DNA from: Minisyncoccota bacterium
Lineage (GTDB): Bacteria; Patescibacteriota; Minisyncoccia; Phycocordibacterales; Zambryskibacteraceae
Assembly: GCA_025450175.1 (NCBI GenBank)
Contig: JANWHY010000008.1
Span: 1-54,288 of the forward strand
Direction of reading: 5' to 3'
Length of the DNA: 54,288 nucleotides
Translations under genes and position numbers: made by a program
Notes under the pieces: generated by a model
Told to the model about the DNA's origin: nothing
The model's input: only the letters and a program-made list of their open reading frames with translations
Databases searched by the model: none
Shown: piece after piece, positions 10,513-19,162 of the stretch
Layout of the letters: every line of letters begins with the position of its first letter
Numbering within the stretch: the first letter of the stretch is position 1

Positions 10513-11511
10513 ATGCCTAAAAGTAAAAATTCTGAAAACAAAAATATTGAGTCCACTCTCGATGCTATCCGTGTGAAGTTCGGCGAAGACGCTATCATGA
10601 AGCTTGGTGACAAGCCGAGGGTGGGTGTCGATGCTATATCTACTGGATCTATTGGCCTCGATGCAGCACTGGGTGTAGGGGGTCTACCCCGAGGGAGAAT
10701 TATTGAGATCTTCGGTCCAGAGTCATCTGGCAAGACTACCCTCTCGCTCCATGTAATAGCGGAAGCCCAGAAAACAGGTGGCGTATGCGCCTTCATCGAT
10801 GCTGAACACGCTATGGATCCCGAGTATGCTAAACGCCTTGGAGTAAAGATCGACGAGCTCCTACTCTCTCAACCAGATACAGGTGAGCAAGCTCTAGAGA
10901 TTGTGGATTCGCTCGTACGCTCAGGCAAGCTTGATGTTATAGTCATCGACTCCGTAGCAGCTCTTACACCTAAGGCCGAGATTGAGTCTGATATGGAGAC
11001 CCAACATGTGGGCCGGCAAGCTCGCCTCATGTCTCAAGCTCTTCGTAAGCTCACAGCAATTGTGGCCAAGAGTAAGACCATCGTCATTTTCATCAACCAG
11101 ATTCGTATGCAGATTGGAGTAATGTTTGGTAACCCAGAAACTACTCCAGGCGGTAAGGCCTTGAAATTTTATACAAGTGTACGCCTCGACATACGCCGTA
11201 TCGCTCAGATCAAGAAGGGTGAAGAGATCATGGGTGGTCGCACGCGTGTGAAGGTGGTCAAGAACAAGGTAGCCGCACCCTTCAAGCAAACAGAGTTTGA
11301 CCTTATGTATAACGAAGGCATCTCGCGAGAGGGAGAGATGATTGCTCTAGGTGAGAAGTATGGAATGATTGTAAAATCTGGAAGCACTTATAAATATAAT
11401 GGTGAGAAGCTAGCTGTAGGTTACGATGCTACCCGCCAGTTCCTAAGAGAAAACAAAAAAGTTTCTGGAGAAATTCTCAAAGAGATTAAAACTAAATTGA
11501 AAGAAGTATAA
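10513..11511 (+). CDS. recA: Recombinase RecA
   Basis: Motifs [17 protein letters not shown] and VVIDSVAAL identify RecA. The start is placed at the ATG at 10513, directly after the upstream stop. Confidence 0.95.
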   Translation: MPKSKNSENKNIESTLDAIRVKFGEDAIMKLGDKPRVGVDAISTGSIGLDAALGVGGLPRGRIIEIFGPESSGKTTLSLHVIAEAQKTGGVCAFIDAEHAMDPEYAKRLGVKIDELLLSQPDTGEQALEIVDSLVRSGKLDVIVIDSVAALTPKAEIESDMETQHVGRQARLMSQALRKLTAIVAKSKTIVIFINQIRMQIGVMFGNPETTPGGKALKFYTSVRLDIRRIAQIKKGEEIMGGRTRVKVVKNKVAAPFKQTEFDLMYNEGISREGEMIALGEKYGMIVKSGSTYKYNGEKLAVGYDATRQFLRENKKVSGEILKEIKTKLKEV

Positions 11512-11518
11512 CACGAAA

Positions 11519-11548
11519 CCCCGTATCAGAGATAAGCTCGATACGGGG
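11519..11548. terminator. Shared hairpin between convergent recA and the 43-aa ORF
   Basis: The stem ccccgtatc/gatacgggg has a 12-nt loop. It lies 8 nt after the recA stop and 33 nt after the small ORF stop. Confidence 0.55.
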
Positions 11549-11580
11549 CGGGTTAGACTTTCTGGAGATTCCACCAGCTG

Positions 11581-11712
11581 TTACTTCAGGGTCACGTACA
11601 CGCCTGAGGCAACAGCTACTACAACCCCGACCGTTATCAGTTTCGGGTCTTGTAAATAGCACCCCATTAAGCCTATTGCGCCACCTATCACGACACATAC
11701 CAATGAGCGCAT
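11581..11712 (-). CDS. Small hydrophobic peptide of 43 aa (two predicted TM segments, Gly-zipper-like); not in the ORF track
   Basis: Hand translation gives MRSLVCVVIGGAIGLMGCYLQDPKLITVGVVVAVASGVYVTLK*. AGGAGG (11724..11719) lies 6 nt before the ATG, and a near-consensus promoter lies upstream. Confidence 0.6.
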   Translation of the reverse strand: MRSLVCVVIGGAIGLMGCYLQDPKLITVGVVVAVASGVYVTLK

Positions 11713-11730
11713 ACAAATCCTCCTATACAT

Positions 11731-11759
11731 ATTATACAGCTAAATTATATAAAAGTCAA
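11731..11759 (-). promoter_or_regulatory. Near-consensus sigma70 promoter driving the 43-aa ORF
   Basis: Minus strand: TTGACT (11759..11754), a 17-nt spacer, then TGTATAAT (11738..11731), which is an extended -10. Confidence 0.6.
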
Positions 11760-11799
11760 TGTTTATTTTACGGCCTAAATAGGCTATATTTTACAACTC

Positions 11800-12360
11800 A
11801 TGTTGAGCTACAACGAAGCCACAGTTCACAAATATATAATCTACGAGAACGAGCCTTGGGAGGTCATAGACTCTCACGTCTTCCGCAAACAACAGCGTAA
11901 GCCGGTAAATGCTACTAAGTTACGCAATCTCATTACTGGTCGAGTCACAGAGGTCTCCTTCCACGTATCCGACAAGATTGAGGAAGCAGATATAGATAAG
12001 AAGGAGGTAAAATATCTTTATACAAACAAGGGTGAGTACTGGTTCTCCGAAACTAATGATCCAAGCAACCGCTTCCAATTACCAGAAGAGATGATCGGTA
12101 GTGGAGCTAAGTTCCTCAAGCCAAACATAACTGTAGATGCCATGATCTTCAACGACAAGATTATTGGATTGAAGGTCCCTATCAAAATGGAGCTCAAAGT
12201 CGTAGAAGCTCATGAAGCCACTCGCGGCAATACTGCCCAGGGAGCTACAAAAGCTGTGAAGCTAGAGACAGGAGCAGAGATCCAAGTACCTATGTTTATA
12301 AAAGAAGGTGACGTCGTGCGTATCAATACAGAAACAGGGCTCTATACAGACCGAGTCTAA
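11800..12360 (+). CDS. efp: Elongation factor P
   Basis: 186 aa with an EF-P N-terminal KOW-like region (IIYENEPWEVIDSHVFRKQQRKP.NATKLRNLITG) and OB domains. TATATT (11785-11790) lies 9 nt before the ATG, and there is no SD. Confidence 0.9.
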   Translation: MLSYNEATVHKYIIYENEPWEVIDSHVFRKQQRKPVNATKLRNLITGRVTEVSFHVSDKIEEADIDKKEVKYLYTNKGEYWFSETNDPSNRFQLPEEMIGSGAKFLKPNITVDAMIFNDKIIGLKVPIKMELKVVEAHEATRGNTAQGATKAVKLETGAEIQVPMFIKEGDVVRINTETGLYTDRV

Positions 12361-12372
12361 GAAATAAGGTTT

Positions 12373-12567
12373 TTATCTGGACACGTAAGGAAGCAAACCC
12401 AAGAAACGGGCGCGCTTGATCGCTTGAGCCATTTGTCTCTCATGTTTGGAGGGAAGACCGGAGCGCTTGCGAGACTGTATACGAGCATGAGGAGTCATAA
12501 ACTTCTTAAGAGTTTCGACATCCTTGTAATCAATATATTGTGGGATTTCTACTTTTACTTTTTGCAT
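12373..12567 (-). CDS. rpsR: 30S ribosomal protein S18
   Basis: 64 aa with IDYKDVETLKKFMT..RIQSRKRSGL..KHERQMAQAIKRARFLGLLPY. Confidence 0.93.
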   Translation of the reverse strand: MQKVKVEIPQYIDYKDVETLKKFMTPHARIQSRKRSGLPSKHERQMAQAIKRARFLGLLPYVSR

Positions 12568-12569
12568 AA

Positions 12570-13013
12570 CTAAAATGGGATATCGTCTACATTAATATTT
12601 TCCTCTGGATAGTCAATCCCCTCGTCCGCTGGAGGCACATCTTCTTTACCCTGACTTGCTGCGGCTGGTGCGGAGCTAGCTCCATCGCGCTTAGGACCAA
12701 ACTGGATCCTATCTGCCACCACTTCGGTACGGTACCTTTTGGTACCATCCTGAGCATCCCAACTCCTAGTCTGCATCCTCCCTTCCACCAAGACGCTTGA
12801 GCCCTTGCGGAGATACTGAGCTGCAGTCTCAGCCTGACGGCCGAAGATTACTACATTGTGATAATCGGTAGTCTCTTGCTTGGCTCCGTTCTTGTCCTTC
12901 CAAACCCTATTAGTTGCAAGACCAAGATTGGCCACCTGGATACCAGAGGGAAGAGCCTTAAGCTCTGGGTCGCGAGTAAGGTTACCTATGATAATAGCTC
13001 GGTTGAAATACAT
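12570..13013 (-). CDS. ssb: Single-stranded DNA-binding protein
   Basis: OB fold (NRAIIIGNLTRDPELK...) and an acidic C-terminal tip, DDIPF. Confidence 0.93.
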   Translation of the reverse strand: MYFNRAIIIGNLTRDPELKALPSGIQVANLGLATNRVWKDKNGAKQETTDYHNVVIFGRQAETAAQYLRKGSSVLVEGRMQTRSWDAQDGTKRYRTEVVADRIQFGPKRDGASSAPAAASQGKEDVPPADEGIDYPEENINVDDIPF

Positions 13014-13017
13014 ACTT

Positions 13018-13455
13018 CTATTCTACCACCGGTTCCTCTACAACTGAGGGGGCCTCTTCTCGTACCTCAGTAGGCTCCTCGCCAGCCTCGAGACGAGCCT
13101 CGGCTTCAGCGAAGGTGAAGTGTGTCTCGCGAGGAGCCTTCACCAAGAGGAACCTTACCACCTCTGACATCTTCTCTATAGCGGTTTTGATGGCGAGTGC
13201 CTTCTCTCCATCAATCTCGAACTTAAACCATCCAAGATAGGCGTCGTTCAATACATAACGGCTGGAACCTACGACCTTAGACATTTCGTAGGCTAGAGGA
13301 ATCTTGAAAGGGGCTTCCCCATCGAGTTCTTTGCCCCCCTCCGAAGACACAACCTCTTTCATAGAGTCGACAACTTCTCCCACCTTCTCTTCCGGAATAC
13401 TAGGCAAGATTAGGTAAGAAAGTTCGTAAACTTGTGATTCGTCAGTGTTACTCAT
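13018..13455 (-). CDS. rpsF: 30S ribosomal protein S6 (with an acidic C-terminal extension)
   Basis: YELSYLILPSIPEEKV... matches the S6 N-terminus, and the gene heads the canonical S6-SSB-S18 order. Confidence 0.88.
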   Translation of the reverse strand: MSNTDESQVYELSYLILPSIPEEKVGEVVDSMKEVVSSEGGKELDGEAPFKIPLAYEMSKVVGSSRYVLNDAYLGWFKFEIDGEKALAIKTAIEKMSEVVRFLLVKAPRETHFTFAEAEARLEAGEEPTEVREEAPSVVEEPVVE

Positions 13456-13461
13456 GCCTGG

Positions 13462-14229
13462 CTAGACTAACATACGCTCGGCATTCTCGGCAAGGGCTCT
13501 ACGGATCCCTTCTTCATCCTCGCCCCGTATAGCCGCAATCCTCCTCACTACCTCTACCACGTAGCTGGGTTCACACCTCTTCCCTCTATAGGGTATGGGG
13601 GCTACATAGGGTGAGTCTGTCTCGGAGAGGATCATGTCTATAGGCGCATTCTTAATAACCTCATCATAATCGCTGGTGAAAGTGATTACTCCAGTGAAAG
13701 AAGTGGTGAATCCCATCTGCCAAAATCTCTTAGCAATTTCTAGAGAACCAGCAAAGAAGTGCACATTGCCGCGGAGCTTCTCCCCATATTCCTTCTTCAA
13801 TAGCTCAAGAATTTCTAGAATCTCTTGGTAAGCATCGCGAGCATGGATCATGAGTGGTTTACCGTGGGCCACGGCAAACTCTATCTGAGCCACAAACAAC
13901 TTCTTCTGCCTCTCATAATCCTCTTCTTTTTTGGCATGGTAGAAATCTAAGCCACACTCCCCTATGGCCACAACCTTGGGATGTTTTACCAACTCTTCGA
14001 ACTTATCTGCCTCAAAACTTTCCACCTTATCCACGGGGTGAACCCCGATACATGCATAAATTTCTGGATATTGGTCTGCCAACTCCACTGCCCTTTTGGA
14101 AGACTCGTAATCTGTCCCCACAACAATAGTATGCGTCTCACTTTCCCTCAATCTCTCGATAACTTGGTCTAGGTCTTGCTCGAAGTCCCGTGTATTAAGA
14201 TGAGAGTGTATGTCGAAGTATTTAGGCAT
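13462..14229 (-). CDS. TatD-family metal-dependent hydrolase/DNase
   Basis: FDIHSHLN, GECGLDF, MIHARDA and ETDSPY motifs. Confidence 0.88.
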   Translation of the reverse strand: MPKYFDIHSHLNTRDFEQDLDQVIERLRESETHTIVVGTDYESSKRAVELADQYPEIYACIGVHPVDKVESFEADKFEELVKHPKVVAIGECGLDFYHAKKEEDYERQKKLFVAQIEFAVAHGKPLMIHARDAYQEILEILELLKKEYGEKLRGNVHFFAGSLEIAKRFWQMGFTTSFTGVITFTSDYDEVIKNAPIDMILSETDSPYVAPIPYRGKRCEPSYVVEVVRRIAAIRGEDEEGIRRALAENAERMLV

Positions 14230-15646
14230 TGATGCGTGGGAAAAGATTTTCAGGTTTCTTTAAATCTTCTAAACTACTTTTAATGACTTCCGATGTTTTG
14301 GGCATTATGTAACGAAGTAGATGAGCAATTTCATAAAGATTAGTACACAAGTCAGCCACGATATTGACTGCAATTTCATGATTAGTTTTATATTTTTTGT
14401 ATGGCTCTTCGTCCTGAATCTTCTTATCCGTTTTTTTAATTAATTCCCAAACATGATTCATATATTTTTGAATATCGAAATCTTTAAAATAATCATAATG
14501 AATGGTATGTACTGAATCAATAGTACTAACACCATAATTATTAGCCATTGTTAAAACACGTGATACCAAATTACCCAAGCCATTTGCCAACCCTGATTCA
14601 TACCATTCATCTAGCCTCTCCCAAGTTACATCAGTATCCTCAAAAGAATTTATATGTCTAAGTAAAAGATAGCGGGTGGCATCAACCCCATATTTCTCTA
14701 CTAACTCATTTGGACTTATGACATTACCTAAGCTCTTACTCATCTTCTGCCCTCTAGAGTTAATAAAACCATTTATTATTATTTGATATGAGTTGGGAAG
14801 TCCTGCCGACATAAGCATAGCCTGCCACATTGCTGACTGTTGCCTTAGATTGTCCTTGCCAGCATATTGTGTGGGAATTCCTTCTCGCCAAAATTTTGTG
14901 AAATTATCCTCATTTTGAGGCCAATCTAGTGTCGAGATATAGCTTACAAGTGCATCAAACCATACATACATAACATGCTCAGAGTCACTTGGTACTTCCA
15001 CTCCCCAGGGCATTTTTGACTTAAGTCTAGAAATACTAAAATCCTCCAGTCCCCTCTCAACAAATGCTTTTATCTCGTTATATCTGGAGTCTGGAATAAC
15101 AAAATTAGGATTAGATTTATATAGATTTAAGAGCTTGTCTTGATAATTTGATAATTTAAAAAAATAATTTTCTTCCTCTCTCTCTTCTATCTCTAGAAGC
15201 GGATGGAGAACGCAATGACCACTTTCAAGTTCGGAATCTGTTTTTTCCAATTCGCAACCAACACAATATTTTATTTTATATAATTTCTTCTCTATATCTT
15301 TTTCACATCTTTTCCAAAACTCTTGTGCTGCTTTTATGTGCTTCTGGTCAGTAGTACGAATGAAGTGTACTTCTGGATCAATATTTAATAGTTTTATTAA
15401 ATCTCTAAATTTTTCAGAATGATCATCTACAAATTTTTGAGTTTCGATTCCTTCTTCTTGGGCTTTTTTAAAAATTTTTGATCCATGCTCATCTGTTCCG
15501 GTATTAAAGAATACTTCTTGTCCAGAAAGTTTTTTATATCGAGCTATCACATCAGCACGCACAAGCTCCATAGCAAAACCGATATGTGGTTCTGCATTAA
15601 CATAAGGCAGAGTTGTGGTTATATAGAAACTTTTTTTATGAGTCAT
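14222..15646 (-). CDS. metG: Methionyl-tRNA synthetase (core enzyme, no C-terminal tRNA-binding domain)
   Basis: LPYVNAEPHIGFA (HIGH-type) and KMSKSLGNV motifs. The start is set at MTHKKSFYITT (ATG 15646), overlapping the upstream stop by 11 nt. The gene is visibly AT-rich. Confidence 0.92.
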   Translation of the reverse strand: MTHKKSFYITTTLPYVNAEPHIGFAMELVRADVIARYKKLSGQEVFFNTGTDEHGSKIFKKAQEEGIETQKFVDDHSEKFRDLIKLLNIDPEVHFIRTTDQKHIKAAQEFWKRCEKDIEKKLYKIKYCVGCELEKTDSELESGHCVLHPLLEIEEREEENYFFKLSNYQDKLLNLYKSNPNFVIPDSRYNEIKAFVERGLEDFSISRLKSKMPWGVEVPSDSEHVMYVWFDALVSYISTLDWPQNEDNFTKFWREGIPTQYAGKDNLRQQSAMWQAMLMSAGLPNSYQIIINGFINSRGQKMSKSLGNVISPNELVEKYGVDATRYLLLRHINSFEDTDVTWERLDEWYESGLANGLGNLVSRVLTMANNYGVSTIDSVHTIHYDYFKDFDIQKYMNHVWELIKKTDKKIQDEEPYKKYKTNHEIAVNIVADLCTNLYEIAHLLRYIMPKTSEVIKSSLEDLKKPENLFPRINA

Positions 15647-16700
15647 GACTCGCGCCTTGCGCAATTTTGCGCTCTTCGAAATCTGAGATCCATTCCATAA
15701 TAGCCGCGGCAACTGGTACAGAGATTACCACTCCGAGAAAGCCCGCTAAGGTACCACCAATTACTAAGGCCAAGATCGAAACCATTGGGGGTACACCTAC
15801 TACCTTCTTGACCACCAGAGGGTAGATCACATGACCCTCTACTTGCTGAATAACGACGTAGATTGCAGCGACGATAAGCATAGCCGACATACCCCCATCG
15901 ACATATGCAATGAAGAGTGCCGGCACAGCCGCAAGTGTGGCTCCAAAGAGAGGGATGAGTTCGAAGACTCCTGCGGCAAAGGATAGGAGGAGGGCATGAG
16001 GTATGCCTACTATAAGTAGGGCAATATATACCATCATCATCACAATAGCTGAGGAGATGAGTTGTCCCTGCATCCAGAGACCAATCTTGGTCTGAGAGCG
16101 CTTCCAGAGACCGATGACATAACCTTCGTACTTAAGAGGACTGATCATCTTCAAGAACTTACTGATACCATCTTCCTGTACCACGAGGTAGAAGGAGAGA
16201 ACCAAGATCAAGAGGAAGTTGAGTACTCCACCGAAGACGGTAGAAATACTTGAGAATACTCCTTGCGATAGGAAGGTGGTTATATTATTTAGATGAGTTC
16301 TTAATCCTCTAAGGACCGTGGGAGTATCAAGGCCTCCGAATAGATTCTGATCCTTGAAGATGTCACTAAGCACCCCGCCCTGACTAGCAGAGTTCGAGTA
16401 GATAGAGAGCGTGCGGATGAAGCTCGAGATCTCCCCGATCAAAGGCAAGAGAAGGAAGTAGAAGAGGCCAGCGAGAATGAGAGCCGTCACAATGTATACG
16501 AGTAGAATAATAGGTAGCCTTGGGATGCGTTTCGACTTCGCCCAGCGCGCGGCCGGCTCTATGGCGGAGGCGATCACGACAGCTGTAATTACTACTAGAA
16601 TAAATTCTCTTACCTGGAAGATGGCATAAGATAAGGCCACTATAGCCGCCAGTCGAACCCAGCTAGCTAGTGAGATATCGAGAATTTGTCGGTTATTCAT
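15636..16700 (-). CDS. AI-2E family transporter (PerM/UPF0118-type permease)
   Basis: 354 aa and polytopic, with an AI-2E-like arrangement and a conserved C-terminal PPMVSILALVIGGTLAGFLG segment. Confidence 0.75.
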   Translation of the reverse strand: MNNRQILDISLASWVRLAAIVALSYAIFQVREFILVVITAVVIASAIEPAARWAKSKRIPRLPIILLVYIVTALILAGLFYFLLLPLIGEISSFIRTLSIYSNSASQGGVLSDIFKDQNLFGGLDTPTVLRGLRTHLNNITTFLSQGVFSSISTVFGGVLNFLLILVLSFYLVVQEDGISKFLKMISPLKYEGYVIGLWKRSQTKIGLWMQGQLISSAIVMMMVYIALLIVGIPHALLLSFAAGVFELIPLFGATLAAVPALFIAYVDGGMSAMLIVAAIYVVIQQVEGHVIYPLVVKKVVGVPPMVSILALVIGGTLAGFLGVVISVPVAAAIMEWISDFEERKIAQGASHDS

Positions 16701-16715
16701 GAGTTTATGATATCA

Positions 16716-17984
16716 CTATTTGAAGGTGAGGACTTTTTTGATCTTTGCTTGATTAGTAATATCCCCTACTATTGCAAGATTCAACTTATCGTCTCTAAAA
16801 ATCTCTTTCGCGACTTTCATTACTTCCTTAGCTGTAACCTTCCTAATCTCTTTCTCAATCTGGGTGGGATTCTTCAATCTATGTGTAAGAACTTCTTGGT
16901 CAGCATAGAACTCCGCCAGAGCATCGGCAGTCTCAAGTCCCATATAAAGAGTTCCGACTCTTTGTTCCTTAACTTTATCTAACTCCTCCTTTGAGACTAG
17001 CTCTTGTGTAAGTCTTTTACACTCCTCCACCAGCACCTTAGTAACCTCTTCGGCGCGACTAGCATTTATTCCAGTAGATATCGCGAACAAACCATGATCT
17101 GTATATACGTCATTCTCTGCACGGACATAGTAGCAAGCCCCCATTTGGTCTCGCAGTCGAGTAAAAAGGCGCGAAGACATGCCCCTACCTAGAATTCCAC
17201 CTATTACATTTAATACTGGCAATCTCTTATTGTTGGCAGCAAAGCTCCTTAGAGCCATAACCATATGAGTTTGGTCGGTCTTCTTTTTCTCTATGAGTAA
17301 CTTCGGAGAAATCTGCTTGTCTTTAGTAGGAAGTTTAGGCGACTTATTGGCCCTAGGAAGAGACGAGAAATACTTCTTAGCCTCACTTACAACATCCTTC
17401 TCACTTACATCTCCTGCCACTACAAATAAGGTTTTACCAGCAACATAATGCTTATTCCTATAATTTACAAACTCATTTCTAGTAAACTTCTTAATATTAC
17501 TTGCTGGACCAATGACGGGCCTGCCTGCCGGTATATCTCCATAGACAAGTTTATAGAGTACTTCCCAAACTTTTCTCTGTGGAAGATCTTCGTACATACT
17601 AATCTCCTGGAGAATAACTCCTCTTTCTATCTCAAGATCTTTAGCTGGAACTGTAGGGTTAAGATACAGATCAGAAATTATCTCTGTTAACTTCTTGAAG
17701 TGCTTTCTAGAAGCTTTTGCATAATAACCAGTATATTCATTGCCAGTGAAAGCATTATTAGTAGCCCCCAGAGTATCAAGTTCTTTAGAAATTATTCCTG
17801 CTGAAGGTCGCTTCTTTGTACCCTTAAAACACATATGCTCCAAGAAGTGAGAGAGGCCATTCTGCTCTTTAGTCTCATAGTTAGATCCAGTCTCCACCAT
17901 TACCAGCACCATTACGGCTGGGCTCTTGGTGGGCACAGTAATCACTCTCAAACCATTTAGAAGTGTAGTTTTCTTAAATTTCAT
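16716..17984 (-). CDS. M16-family (pitrilysin/insulinase-like) zinc peptidase
   Basis: Inverted zinc motif HFLEHMCFKGT (HxxEH) and the two-domain M16 length (422 aa). Confidence 0.88.
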   Translation of the reverse strand: MKFKKTTLLNGLRVITVPTKSPAVMVLVMVETGSNYETKEQNGLSHFLEHMCFKGTKKRPSAGIISKELDTLGATNNAFTGNEYTGYYAKASRKHFKKLTEIISDLYLNPTVPAKDLEIERGVILQEISMYEDLPQRKVWEVLYKLVYGDIPAGRPVIGPASNIKKFTRNEFVNYRNKHYVAGKTLFVVAGDVSEKDVVSEAKKYFSSLPRANKSPKLPTKDKQISPKLLIEKKKTDQTHMVMALRSFAANNKRLPVLNVIGGILGRGMSSRLFTRLRDQMGACYYVRAENDVYTDHGLFAISTGINASRAEEVTKVLVEECKRLTQELVSKEELDKVKEQRVGTLYMGLETADALAEFYADQEVLTHRLKNPTQIEKEIRKVTAKEVMKVAKEIFRDDKLNLAIVGDITNQAKIKKVLTFK

Positions 17985-17998
17985 CCACCAACAATACC

Positions 17999-19162
17999 CT
18001 AACTGATAGCTTCTTTCAAATCTGCGATTTTTACTCTTTTTTGCTCACCAGTATCACGGTCACGGAGAGTAACCGTGTCATCTTCTAATGTGTCGAAGTC
18101 TACGGTGATACAGAATGGTGTACCAATCTCATCTTGGCGGCGGTAGCGCTTACCAATGTTGCCATTGTCATCGAACTCGAGATTTGGGATGTGAGATTTA
18201 ATACTGGAGAATACTTCACGAGCCTTGGAGACTAGTTCTGGCTTGTTTTTAAGAAGTGGGAAGACAGCAGCACGAATGGGAGCTATGTTTTTAGGAAGTT
18301 TAAGATATACACGCTCCTCTCCTCCCAACTTATCTTCTGTATAAGAAGAAGTAAGAACCGCGAGAATAGTGCGATCAACTCCGAGCGATGGCTCGATTAC
18401 ATGAGGAACCATTCGCTCTTGAGCCTCTTCGTCCAAGTAATCTAGACGATGATTCTTAAGATCGAAGTCTGTCCGATATGCTAAGCCCCAAAGTTCCCCT
18501 CGACCAAATGGATAATCAAATTGAAAATCGATAGTCCTCTTTGAGTAGTGGGCTCGCTCTTCGTCGGGAACATCGAACTCGTGTGCTCGAATACCCAACT
18601 CCTCTGCGAAGCTGTTCATAATCTTCCTCCATATATCAAAATACTTTTCCCAGTCGGCCTCTTTAATAAAGTATTCTACTTCCATTTGCTCAAACTCTCT
18701 TTGCCTGAAGATAAAATCTCGAGGGGAAATCTCGTTTCTAAAAGCTTTGCCGATTTGCGCAACCCCGAATGGAAGTTTTGGATGATGAGAGTCAATAACA
18801 TTCTTAAAATCTACAAAAATTCCTTGGGCGGTCTCTGCGCGCAAGTGACTTGTTGTCGCATCCTCACCTGTACCCACTTGGGTTTTAAAAATTTCATTCC
18901 CAAAGTTTGCGACATGACCCGAAGCTTCCAAAACTTTTGGATTACTAATAATAGAGGTGTCGGTAGCAAACATATCTTCTCGGTCGAAAATAAATCTTTG
19001 CTTCCATAAATACTTTATATTTTCTTTTAAGATTACCCCGTAATGCCCATAGTTCCAGAAGCCAGCAAAGCCTCCATAAATTTCTGAATTAGGATAAACA
19101 AACCCCCGCCTCTTACAGAGAGATACGATCTTTTCCATTGAATCTAGGGTTTTGCCAGACAT
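17999..19162 (-). CDS. glyQS: Glycyl-tRNA synthetase (alpha2 type), unusually short
   Basis: The N-terminus RRGFVYPNSEIYGG..GFWNYGHYG, motif 2 FRNEISPRDFIFRQREFEQMEVEYF, motif 3 GVDR and a C-terminal anticodon-binding domain are all present. At 387 aa it lacks the usual insertion between motifs 1 and 2. Confidence 0.88.
   Translation of the reverse strand: MSGKTLDSMEKIVSLCKRRGFVYPNSEIYGGFAGFWNYGHYGVILKENIKYLWKQRFIFDREDMFATDTSIISNPKVLEASGHVANFGNEIFKTQVGTGEDATTSHLRAETAQGIFVDFKNVIDSHHPKLPFGVAQIGKAFRNEISPRDFIFRQREFEQMEVEYFIKEADWEKYFDIWRKIMNSFAEELGIRAHEFDVPDEERAHYSKRTIDFQFDYPFGRGELWGLAYRTDFDLKNHRLDYLDEEAQERMVPHVIEPSLGVDRTILAVLTSSYTEDKLGGEERVYLKLPKNIAPIRAAVFPLLKNKPELVSKAREVFSSIKSHIPNLEFDDNGNIGKRYRRQDEIGTPFCITVDFDTLEDDTVTLRDRDTGEQKRVKIADLKEAIS

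Noticed and set aside
11492-11716. The 74-aa track ORF (TTG start) downstream of recA.
   Set aside because: Its sequence is Arg/Cys-rich and implausible, it runs through the terminator hairpin and it has a TTG start. The SD and promoter are phased for the 43-aa ORF in another frame (11581-11712).
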